A DNA stretch of 64,000 nt. Origin: Octopus vulgaris. Lineage: Eukaryota. The notes beneath the pieces were generated by a model that saw only the letters and a program-made list of their open reading frames with translations, did not search any database and was not told the DNA's origin. Made by a program: the position numbers and the translations under genes. The stretch covers positions 73,470,001-73,534,000 of the forward strand of contig OX597823.1 in the NCBI GenBank assembly GCA_951406725.2. The letters run 5' to 3'. This document shows positions 52,903 through 64,000 of the stretch, piece after piece; position 1 is the stretch's first letter, and the number at the start of each line of letters is the position of its first letter.

Positions 52903-54039
52903 TTATGCAATGTCAGAATAAAATACGGGCAGGAATATAACTAAAAATAATAAAAAGAAAATGAATTATTCCTTTTATGTTCTAATTAATTCATTCCAAA
53001 GTAAATTATTGCAATCAAATTGTTTCCAAATACTATAATATGTATTTTAAAATGCCATCACAATCAAATTATTTCAAAATACACTTTTACATATTCTAGA
53101 ATATCCTATCATATCCCATATACATTACTACAATCAAATTCTTTCAATATTACGCATTCCAATGTATATTTTCACTTTCAAAGCATTTCAAAATACATTG
53201 CTAAACACGCCAAAGCACATAATTACGAAAATACATGATTAAACATTCCGAAGTACACAATCACAAACCGGCTTCACTTTTGATAGTAGATATTCATTCT
53301 ATCAAACTTTAGTGGCATTTTCGTTCTTCACATGAGGAATGTGTGAATAAAACATCGAAATCAACATCTACATCAAACCGATAGGCACTACTTACTATAT
53401 ACCCAATACCATCAAAAATACTCCAAAACATGTATATACTGGCTAACTATTAGAAGTCGCAATTTTTGGACTATTGCAATATGCTTTCGTGGTTATATAG
53501 CACTGCTAAGTAATATATCTTAGAAATTCTGGTTGTCTTTTGCATTTGATTACTATGTGTATTTAGAATGCCTTTCTTATTCTTTGATCCTGTCTAAAAT
53601 GCTTTGATGGATAGTGGAGTATGATTCTGTCGGATAAATATTTGATTTCAGGTGGAGCATTTATTGCTTTTTAATTACTTTCCGTCCTTCATAATTCTTG
53701 AATTCTATTGTTTTAGCACGTTTTATCTCGTTATCAGTTAGTATTGATAGGTATTGTCTATTAAGTATTATTTGTTTCAATCTTGGAATCTTTTATTTCG
53801 AGTTTCAAAATTCGATACGATTGAGTGTAGTTATATATTTTTCTTTTGGTGTGTTTTGGGTGACATTAGATATACAGTAACTTTTGTCGGTTTACAAAAG
53901 ATATCGGTTCTGAGTTTTCTGTATTTTTATGTTTGTTTTTCTCCTGTACATAATCACCAATCGAAGAACGAAAATGCACCAAAGTTCGACAGAAATTTTA
54001 ATACAACGAGCAAAGATATATCCTAAAGGAACTAAAATA

Positions 54040-56057
54040 AATGTTCTCTAAACTCTCAATCATAACTAGAAAATTGAACAAATACAAAAATCATTCCAAT
54101 GAAACCAACACAGGACATCGTCCTCAACAAGCGGGGGTAAATAAAACTCTAAAATAATTATGTAAATCCATAGCGACTGTAATGCTACGAAATCAGGAAC
54201 GAAATTCTAAGCCAAAACACGAAAGCAACTGCCTACTTCAATGACAAACATAAATGTCTTTTAAATGATATATGGAACCAAAAGCGCATGACCTGAAAAT
54301 TAATCTTTAGGATCAAGTAAAAAACCGAAATATATGGAAAATGAATTAACTGAACGGCGATCATTCTTGCCAGGAAATAACAAATTAAGACTTTTCTTAA
54401 TGAACCTGAGCAAATATGAAAACTTGGAGAGGAGATGGCTGTAAAAAAATCCAAAATAGAAATAGAACTATTAGGATTAAGAGCGAAATCCAGTGATCAA
54501 AGATTCTAATCAACTGAGGAACAGTGACAATTTCAAAGGAAGCAGAAGGCTCACTACATTAGAAAACTGCTGATATTTGAAGAGAAAATGTGAAAATGAA
54601 GCTTTAATATTGCTTCAGAGATAGAGAAAAGTTCTAATTGGATTAGTAATTATGAAGCTGAATTCAAAAGATAATTTTATACTGATAAAGCTAAAATATT
54701 CAAACCTTACACACGAGCGAAAAAACAAACACCAAAGATTCACACTTATAATCATTAAAGATACGAACATATTAACAGTAATTCCAAGATAAGCAATACA
54801 AGTCGCCAGTAGAGGAACCTAAAATCTCTCTCACACAAAGTAGAATACCTCCCAAAACCGAGGATTGCAAAAAAAACAAAGGAACAGGAATCCCAAACAA
54901 GACAAGCCACAATCTGGAACGAAAAGGAATTTAGATATTAGAGTTAACTTGGCAAAAATTGAGAAAACATCGACAAATACAAATAGCAAACTTGAAAGAT
55001 CATTTTTTAGATATAGTCAACATAATTCACGTCAGCAGATGGCACAAATTAAATTTGATAGACAGAAGTTAATCAATCTTTCATACAAAAATCTTTCAAC
55101 AAATCCTTGTACTCTCAAAATGTTTAAAATTCACTCACCACCACAATATCCTGGCTTCAGTGAAATACAAGACAAGACTCTTTATTTCTGTGAAAAATTA
55201 TGTGTAACAGATGAATTTTTTGACAAGGAAACACTGATTGATGAAACGTATAGAATGAAATTAGTTATAACTGAAAAGGGTAGAAGCAGAACATAAGATT
55301 AATTTTGGGATTTTATAACTACCCTTCCAAATCATGAATTGCCACACTTTACATCCAAATCCCACATTAGTTGAAAAGAGTGGAAATTATCAGTGAACAT
55401 AAAGACAATTACGTAATTGAAGAAGTAGATGAAAGGTTGTTGTAATTATGGAGGTTGATCTTTACAACATTGCTTTTGCCCTTCTGCAAGACACGCCTGT
55501 TATCAAATGGTAGACGCTAAGGTGGTGAGCTGGTAGAATTGCTGGCACGTCGGAAAAGTGCTTACCGGCATTTCGTCCGACTTTACGTTCTGAGTTCAAA
55601 TTCTACTGAGGTCGACTTTGCTTTTCATTCTTATTGTGTCGATAAAAGAACTACCAATTGAACACAGGTGGATGTAATCGACATATCTCTTCCTCGAAAT
55701 CGTTGGCCTTAAGCCAAAATTTGAAACCATTTTCAAAATGTAAGCACCAATAACAAACGATGAAAACAATTCAGTACCTTCCTTCATCTACTCGCAAAAT
55801 AATTTAACAATTCGACTACCTAACAAACATTAAATGTTCGCTGTTTGTAAAACCTCAGTCTCATCATGTATAAACAATAAATAACCCATTGATTTTAAAT
55901 TAAGATTAATTCTGATAGTCCCAATCAGTAAAGCGCACAATCTTAACAACTTTGTAAACATGCTAATGAGACCCATGCTGATTCATATGTCAAGCTTTAT
56001 AAGAGATGATTTGAACCTGTTAAATCACCTGCCGAGAAAAAAAAGTTAATTAAAAAC
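54040..56057 (+). mobile_element. Decayed Penelope-like retroelement ORF (N-terminal region and start of RT)
   Basis: LINLSYKNLS...FCEKLCVTDEFFD...KGR in ORF 54865..55296. Near 55890-56036 it reads DFKLRLILIVPISKAHNLNNFVNMLMRPMLIHMSSFIRDDLNLLNHLP, matching the PLE pattern LRPI..GP...L..LLKP....SYIRD..FL..LP. The 5' boundary is approximate. Confidence 0.7.
55520..55728 (+). mobile_element. SINE family D inserted in the PLE remnant
   Basis: ggtggtgagctggtagaatt...gttctgagttcaaattc...gtcgactttgc matches family D. Confidence 0.8.
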
Positions 56058-56069
56058 GCTATTATAATT

Positions 56070-56680
56070 TGATGTCAAAAGATGGGCGACTTTGGCAAAA
56101 ATGGTTAGGGTGAATAGAATTCAATGAGCAAGCACCTGTATACTGGAATACAGCAGTCTGGTGAGGGTCCATAATCTTGGTGGTCAGGTAATACTGGTTC
56201 TCTAGGCTTCCTTGACTGAACCTAGGGGAGGCTCTCTTGTCTCTGGAAAGCATCATCCATAACTTTACACTTTATAAATGTGTATAGTTTTATCTCATTT
56301 CTTGTCTTTCTTTCCTTTACCCTCGTCTCTCATGTGTAAAGCCACATACAATTTTGTTAACAGTTCTGGTAATATTCTTCACATCAACCAGCCCTGCGTC
56401 AAGTAAATAAAACATTATTTTGAGAGCAGGAGAGAGAGACCCCTTACCTTTAATGGTTAGGGTAATTCTGGATCTGTGGGGTTCCTTGATCGGCACTAGG
56501 AGGAGTTTTTCCTGCATGAGGAGGACTGCATCATTCATGTTATCACATACTTTGTACACTATATGTACTTTTATCGCATTTCTCTATCTTTTTCATTTCT
56601 TATTCCTCATTCCCATATAAATTGTTCACTGTCCTTGTGATGTCCCCCCCCCACCTATGTCCCTGTGGTTAATAAAAGAA
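56070..56680 (+). mobile_element. LINE 3' end/3' UTR with aataaa signal and (ATT)n tail; clade uncertain, possibly L1/Tx1
   Basis: Pyrimidine-rich UTR ending ggttaataaaagaaattattatt. The clade call is from recall only. Confidence 0.4.
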
Positions 56681-56733
<53 letters not shown>

Positions 56734-57064
56734 CATTATTATTATTAGTTGTTTTTGTCGTTGTTGTTGTTGTTGAAAGTATACAAGTGTTTCTCGAGAA
56801 GGCTACCCGAAAAGTTGAATTTTCACACGGTTTATCTGACGAAAGAAAATGTTTCATTTTGTAAACAGGAAACTTGTATGTGTGTATAAGTGCCATGGGA
56901 CATACGAGATAACTCAATTTGCTACGCTAGTATTAGAAAAAATGATTTTTTAAATCCATATATTTTCTGAATGAATAGAGAAGAGGAAAATTCAATTACA
57001 TATAAATATAGAGGGAAAATATAGAAGAAAATTACATAAAAATATATATGTAAGCGAGGACTAC

Positions 57065-57591
57065 ACTTGAAAACGTTATGCAGTGTTCTATGGGATATAA
57101 AGGGTGCCGTATATCATGAAATGTTAAACCAAAACGAAAGTTAATGGGCAGAAGCATTGTCGTCGGTTGAATGCATGGTATAAAAAGATATGGAAAGTCG
57201 CCCTTCAGAGGTCAATCGTAAATGGATGTTGCTCTCAGAGAATAATGCAAGACCACAAATTGCCTAAGTCACATAGGAAAACATTATGACACTACAGATG
57301 AACGTTTTGCTTCATCCTCCTTAATACGTTGACCGCTCTCCATTCGATTATCATCTTTACAGATCACTGCACTAATTTTTTAGAGGCAAAATACTTTCGC
57401 TGAGAAGAGGTTAAAAATTATATTCAATGTTTCTTTTACTCGAAATCTGAAGATTTTCACGCCCGAGTGACCAACAATTTGCCAAATTGGTAAGATTATA
57501 TTATCTATAATGAGGAGTAATATTATCTTGACAGATGTATCAATTATGACCTAGAAGCCATTTGTTTCTTTCCCGTCTTGAAATGCGACAG

Positions 57592-57596
<5 letters not shown>
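57065..57596 (+). mobile_element. Decayed mariner transposase 3' part
   Basis: Translatable pieces WDIKGAVYHEMLNQNE, NNARPQ, VLLHPP and PFDYHLYRSL. Confidence 0.7.
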
Positions 57597-57622
<26 letters not shown>

Positions 57623-57628
<6 letters not shown>

Positions 57629-58150
57629 AATAATATCGGGGTAATAAAAATTATAGAAATTTTTTACTACCAGTGGCCTAGCGTACAAGAAAATTAGTCA
57701 ATAGACTATATATTATTCATATAAAATACAGTCTACATTACAACACATTAAGAGGCTGCCATCATAGGAATCCATTACGCTAGAAAGAACAGTTGAAGTC
57801 CAAATCACTAATTAGGGATAAATTCTCGAAGGGAATGAAAAATAAAAACTTTTACCATCTAATTCCCGGACCATGGTTTCTGACTTATTTTAGTAAATAA
57901 AAATTATTTACCGAGGCAGAGTCTTCATCAACGGGGACGCCTTAGATTAAATATACAAACAACGTGGTCAATCCAGCATGTAACTCATTGCTTGTACATA
58001 TTAATTTTTTTTCAAATTCACTTAATGTGTTTTAATGTACACTGTATTTTATATGAATAATATATAGTCTATTGACTAATTTTTCTGTACGCTAGGGAAT
58101 TGGTAGTAAAAAAACTCTATAATTTTTATTACCCTGATATTATTTATTAT
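57623..58150 (-). mobile_element. HHR-bearing element with ~130-bp inverted repeats
   Basis: 57623-57752 is an imperfect reverse complement of 58021-58150, adjacent to (TA)n. Confidence 0.75.
57858..57946 (-). ncRNA. Type I hammerhead with extended stem II
   Basis: Minus strand reads cccg-TTGATGA-agact...agtca-GAAA-ccatgg-TC-cggg, with a distal stem I extension tctaa/ttaga. Confidence 0.68.
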
Positions 58151-58264
58151 GTATAATGATTTCTGGTAGATTCGTTCGAAGATTTTACCGGCATCCTCTT
58201 GCTGCCGACAAAAAGACTGCGACTGCGCAGTGGATTTGAAAAAAATTAAAATGTACAAGTTATT

Positions 58265-58584
58265 ACTGAAAGGCAGGAGGAACATTCTAGTGAGGTTGAA
58301 CAGCCTATAGGCCACCACAGTCCCCAGATCTCAATATTATTGAATATTTATGGTGCATTTTAGAAAAACAAGAGTCGATATCCTCCACCATCATCACTAC
58401 AAGAACTAGAGACTGTTTTAGCTGAAGAAAGGACAAAAATTCCTTTGGAAACAATTCAAACTTTGTACGTGTCCATACCTCGTAGAATTCAAGGTGTTAT
58501 AACTGCCAAAGGCGGCCCTACCGCATATTAAAATAAATTTGTTTGTAATTTTAAGGTGTTTCCATTATTTTGTTCAACCCCTGT
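58265..58584 (+). mobile_element. Tc1-like transposon 3' end
   Basis: Translates PPQSPDLNIIEYLWCILEK...SLQELETVLAEE...SIPRRIQGVITAKGGPTAY*, and ends in the TIR-like ttttgttcaacccctgt. Confidence 0.85.
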
Positions 58585-58589
58585 TTATA

Positions 58590-58804
58590 TGGGGGGATTC
58601 ACAAAAAAAAAAAGAGACGACTACAGGTGGTGTAGACAACAAACAGATGTATTAGTATAACGCGCAGGAAGTGAAAAAGTCTTTAACATTTCGAGCCTAT
58701 GCTCTTCCACAGAAAGGAACACAGAAAAAAAACAAGGAGAAAAATAAAGAATATGTAGTGGTTAGCGATCTATCATGGCGAAGGCCGGACTGAAGTGTCA
58801 CACA

Positions 58805-58808
<4 letters not shown>
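58590..58808 (-). mobile_element. Family H1 copy 3, with HHR-like motif at 58681-58716
   Basis: Minus strand reads cttt-CTGTGGA-agagcataggctc-GAAA-tg-TT-aaag. Confidence 0.6.
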
Positions 58809-58863
<55 letters not shown>

Positions 58864-58983
58864 TTAGAGACAGGTTTTCACTATATAGAATACACTTCGA
58901 AGTGCACAAGAAATTTCAACTTGAGCTACCACAGGAGTAAATGTAATGACGAGCCAGTAAGGCAAAAGTATGTATATAGATAG

Positions 58984-59076
<93 letters not shown>

Positions 59077-59649
59077 CACACACACACACATATATATATA
59101 TATACGTACACATACACACACACGCGCGCGGTATTACTTTCTGACGAACCTGGAAGCTAATTAGCTTCTAGGCTCGTCAGGCAGAATTGTATAGATGCAG
59201 GTGTAAATCTAACAAATTTTAAGCAAGTAAGAAATTGCCGATTAAACTCAATACTATTCTTTCATAACGTCGTTCTTATTATCAGAATATTTCGTAGCCA
59301 ACCTAAATGTAATATGCATATGAATATTTTATAAACTTCATATGAATGTGTTTCTTAATCCTGCTGAACGGTATGCCATATAATTTGATCTTTTTATATG
59401 TGTCAAAGTTATTGGTTGTGAGTATCAGAACTCATAAATACTTGTTTCTGATATTTCTCGAGTTCGATTTTTATGTTTGGATAAGAAGTTATTGTTGCAT
59501 AGTTTACCAAAATATTTGGGTCATAATTTCTAATATTATTATTTTCCAGTATGACTAAGTATATTTTAAGGATATTAATATTTTATAAAGATTGAATACG
59601 CTTTCACATACTAAACTGTTCCGGTAATCATACTGCAATGTGTTCAATG

Positions 59650-59721
<72 letters not shown>

Positions 59722-59924
59722 TAAGCGTGTGTGTATGCGTATATGTGTGTGTGTGAATGCGTCTGCGTATACATATATCGATTTCTGATATTTTATTTCA
59801 TAATTTTACTAGAATTCATGATATATTGTCGCTGTTGTTGTTATTGATTTTTGTGATTTATTTTCACAATTGATTTTGTTTTCTTCTATACAGATAATAG
59901 TTTCTCATTTTATTTTTTTCTTGG

Positions 59925-60117
59925 GCGGGCATTGTTAGAGCGTCGGACAAAATGTTTCATGTCATCTCTTCTGGCTCTTTAGATTCTGAGTTCAAATACC
60001 GCCGTGATCGACTCTACTTTTCATCTCCTTGAAATCGATAAAATAAAATACCACTCGTCTAATCTACTAACCCCACCCCACCGTTAGAATTGCTAACCTT
60101 GTACTTAAATGAGATAT

Positions 60118-60180
<63 letters not shown>

Positions 60181-60465
60181 CTTTTCTATTATAGGAACAA
60201 GGCCTGAAATTTGGGGGGAGAGGGTCAGACGATTATATCGTCCTCACTACGCAACTGGTACCAGAACTTTGAACCCAGAACGTAAAGACAGACGAAATAC
60301 CTATTTCTTTACTACCCACCAGGGGCTAAACATAGAGAGGACAAACAAGGACAGACAAATGGATTAAGTCAATTACATCGAGCCCAGTGCATAATTGGTA
60401 CTTATTTTATCGACCCCAAAAAGATGAAAGGCAAAGTCGACCTCGACGGAATTTGAACTTAGAAC
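59925..60465. mobile_element. Cluster of SINE family D copies (plus 59925-60115, minus 60182-60465) around an (AAT)n array
   Basis: Homology to 44543-44774 and 55520-55728. Confidence 0.75.
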
Positions 60466-61259
60466 TACTACCACTACTACTACTAATAATAATATTACTA
60501 CTACTACTACTTCTACTTCGTTCTCTCCACGTTTAGCTGTTGTTACCACAACATCAATTTTCATTCACATTATTTTTGTCGTTTTTGATGCTGTCATTTC
60601 CTGACGTTTCTCAGTTTCTTTTTTTTTTTTTTGCTTTTTGCTTTGTTTTTATTTCACTTTCATTGGAATCCTCTCTGTCATTATATGGGATTGCAGTCAA
60701 AGACGTTACCTTACACTGGGCCCCCCATGATCATGTCTAGTCTCCTTGTTTCAATAATACGATCAGCCTCTATGAAAAATATCTCATGAAATCACATAAT
60801 TACTCTGTGCAACATGATTTTTGTCTTTGGGTAGCAACTGTTATTTCCTATTTACTTGCTCCTTAGAAAGTATGAAAAATGATGAATATTTCCTTCAAAC
60901 TTTGTTTCTGATTCAAACACCAAAGAATCCTTCTCAACACATGGCTATGATGCTTCCCCACTACTCCTACTCATGATCAGAGATGCACATATTGTCAGTC
61001 ACCAAGGGACACGCTCAAGTGGTTATGGTTAAGCAACTGACAAGTAATCTGTTGCATAGAGCAGAATATTTGCTATAACGATATATCTGCTTAAGCAACT
61101 CAGCGCTAAATCTGAAATGTAATGGAAAATAGGTCAGTTTCAAAAAACTGATGTTCAGGTCACTAAAGCAAGGTTTGAAGGGAATAGTGGTCATTTCCTT
61201 TGGTGTTTAGATAGAAGCTAATAGAAAATAACACTTACTGGTCAAAGACAAAACAAATC

Positions 61260-63160
61260 TAGATTCGACTGCAGCTTTTGAGGTGTACAAAACTCAACGA
61301 GACCGAGCCGTGAAAATTGAAAAGGAAGAACGCTTCAGATATGAATACAGAATCGCGGCAAACGCCAGTCGCAATCCAAAAACCTTCTTTGCCCATGTCC
61401 AACGGAATTCCCGCTTGAACAACCAAATTGCAACGTTGGTAGACTCAACAGGCGTATCGATTGAGGACCCTTATCAACAGAGTCAATTATTTGCCGAGGC
61501 TTTTTCAACTATTTTCAAACAAGATGATGGTCGTGAACCCCCTCCATTTGATAGATCGGTACCTTCAATGCTTCGATTGGTCATCACGCGGGACGAAGTC
61601 GAACGCGTTATTCAAGGCCTCGATGTCAACAAGGGTCACGGCCCTGATGGCATACACCCACGGGTTATCAAAGCGTTGGCTCCGGTCATCTGCGAGCCTT
61701 TAACACGTCCATTCAATATGTCATTGGCGACTGGTGTTATACCTGCGGACCGGAGAACAGCGATAATCTGTCCAATTTTCAAGAAAAGGAGCCGCGAAGA
61801 CCCGCTTAACTACCGACCGGTTTCCCTTACTTCAATAATCAGCAAGATGTTCGAAACCATCCTTAAGAAAAGTATGATGCTCCACCTCCAAAACACAGCC
61901 TCTATCTCTGATTCTCAACACGGCTTCGTGCCGAAGAGATCATGCTTGACCGACTTACTGGTAATGGAAGAATTGGTGACGCGCATCCTCGATGATGGTG
62001 ATGCTGTTGACATCGTTTTATTGGATTTGCCAAAGCTTTTGACTCGGTAAACAACCACCTATTACTTGTCAAGCTTCAAGCATATAGTTTCCATCCGGAT
62101 ATTGTACGATGGGTTGGTGCCTTCCTCTCAGATCGCTCCTTCCAAGTCCAAGTTAATGGTTCGCTGTCCTACGTCTCCAGTGCGAGCAGTGGCGTGCCTC
62201 AAGGTTCAGTGCTTGGGCCCTTATTGTTCTAAGTCTTCATAAATGACTTGCCCGACGACCTCACGCAACACACCCTTCTATTTGCCGACGATGTCAAACT
62301 GGTCGCTCCTCGCGGTGATATAGAGAATTTTCGTCGATGCCTCCACCAAATTTGGAGATGGTCTAACGAATGGGACCTGTGTCTGAACGTGTCAAAGTGC
62401 TGTCATCTGCCTGTTGGCTCTCCTCCTGCAACTCAACTTGATTTCGAGTCGGGTCGTCTGCTGCTGGAGAGGACCGACCAGGTAAAGGACCTGGGTATCT
62501 TGGTGGATTTCTCCTTTTCGCCTTCGGCCCAGTGCGTCTATGCTGCCAACAAAGCACGCGGAGTTCTGTTCTTGATTCGACGGTCATTCGGAATGCTCAC
62601 AGCAGCTATATTCCTACCGCTCTATGTCACGCTGGTGAGACCCATATTGGAGTACGGGATTCAAGCCTCTTCTTATCTCCTCAAAGACATACAGCATCTC
62701 GAAAGAGTCCAGAAGCTGGCTACCCACATGGTTCTTGGTCTCAAGAATTTGTCTTATGAAGAAAGGCTGAAGACGCTCGACCTTTATTCTCTAGAAAAAC
62801 GACGACGCCGTGGTGATCTCATTCTTGCTCACAACATCATAAGCGGAAAGTGTAACCTCTCGAAAGAGCTGTTCTTCACTCCTGCTCCAGAGCGTCAGCT
62901 GCGGGGTCACTCCGAAAAGCTCTATCTGCGACGATTTCATCTCAATCGAAGGAGAGGGGCTTTCTCCGTCCGGGTTGCGGATCCGTGGAATAAGCTGCCG
63001 GACGAGATGGTGAAGATGCCGACAACCGCTCGGTTCAAAGTCTTCCTTGACCACAAGTGGCCTGAACTCTTTACACCACCCTGTACATAACTTCATGTCC
63101 CCCTACATGACCTTGCTTTTTGCTTTTTGAGCCAAAAATTAACTAACTAAATAAATAAAT
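61260..63160 (+). mobile_element. 5'-truncated CR1-clade LINE (ORF2 reverse transcriptase), one frameshift and one stop
   Basis: NPKTFF, KGHGPDGIHP, NYRPVSLTS, SQHGF, LD(F)AKAFD with a 1-bp deletion near 62027, SGVPQGSVLGPLLF* (TAA 62230), FADD, LVRPILEY, WNKLP. Tail is (AACT)n/(AAAT)n. Confidence 0.93.
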
Positions 63161-63189
63161 AAAAATTTTGTTGCACAATGTATCACTTA

Positions 63190-64000
63190 CCTTGACAAAC
63201 TCTGACTCGTGTTTATACGTTTGACTCGTATTTATTACGTCACTCTGGATTTATAAACAACCCGATGTACTCTTTTATTGATTCAGCCATACATGCGTTT
63301 ACACACTTTTTGTACTACCTTACTGCACTAACTGAGAAGATAGTTGATACTTTCAGCCTTTTTTCACACACAGTGCATTTGATCCCTGACTGTCTTTTAT
63401 CAATATTTCTTTATTATTATTTGAGAAAGAACAAGCAGTGATTCAGTTCTACATTTCAGGTTTCCATCTCTCAGATACAACCAGCGTTCTTCAATTCCAA
63501 AATCCTTTGCTTGTTGCATAAATAACTCATATAGTTCTTTTCCATTCCACTTATTTGTTCTATTTTTTTATATTCTTGAAACCTTCCAGTTTCAGTCATT
63601 TTTAAACATATATATATCTATCTAGACACAAATAATAGTCTTTCTCGTTAATCACAACATAGTTTACAAACCATAAATCGCAGTATTGATAGCGTATTTT
63701 GCATTTAAGAAACCACTGCTTCTTTCCTTTATTTGTAAATAGAGCTGGTCTTTAGTAATTTAGAGTGGTGTGCATTATGCATTGTAAGCAGCTTGCTAGT
63801 CCTCCTATCCAATTCTCGTAGGTCTGTCTTTGTCCAATATTGATTGCCTTGATGGCATCACCTCCATTTAGTTTTGCTTCTAACACTTCCCAAACCTTCT
63901 TGTATTCTTTTTAGAGATTTTCTCATTTTTCTTTCCATTACCTTATCCTTCTGTAGTATCTATAGATGCTTGTATTCTTCATTCTCTTTCAGTGATCCAA
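63190..64000 (-). mobile_element. Degraded R4/Dong-clade LINE fragment
   Basis: Minus strand translates KEYKKVWEVLEAKLNGGDAIKAIN, WTKTDLRELDRRTSKLLTMHNAHH, WLYLRDGNLKCRTESLL and a CTVC knuckle. Confidence 0.75.

Noticed and set aside
56830-56912. CTGACGA...GAAA hammerhead candidate
   Set aside because: No clear stem II, and the UH site is missing or reads GUG.

Overview
AT-rich, microsatellite-dense eukaryotic non-coding DNA. The SINE families look cephalopod, most likely Octopus (inference from recalled repeat families). No host protein-coding exon can be supported, and most ORFs in the track are microsatellite translations. The window is a transposon graveyard: at least four tRNA-derived SINE families, R4/Dong-clade LINEs stacked in (TAA)n arrays, a fairly young 5'-truncated CR1-like LINE, a decayed Penelope-like element (PLE), and mariner, Tc1 and hAT remnants. 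The most interesting signal is a set of about 15 hammerhead-ribozyme (HHR) motifs read directly from the sequence. They lie in short non-coding elements that mostly sit next to (TA)n tracts and often carry inverted or direct terminal duplications, as PLE pseudo-LTRs and retrozymes do. Most are minimal type I HHRs, including U3-A8 and U6 core variants. Four motifs in two repeat families (12.4, 14.9, 35.0, 38.0 kb) have the three hammerhead strands in a non-circularly permuted, pseudoknotted order, with covarying stems. All folds were assigned by eye, and none is experimentally or computationally validated.
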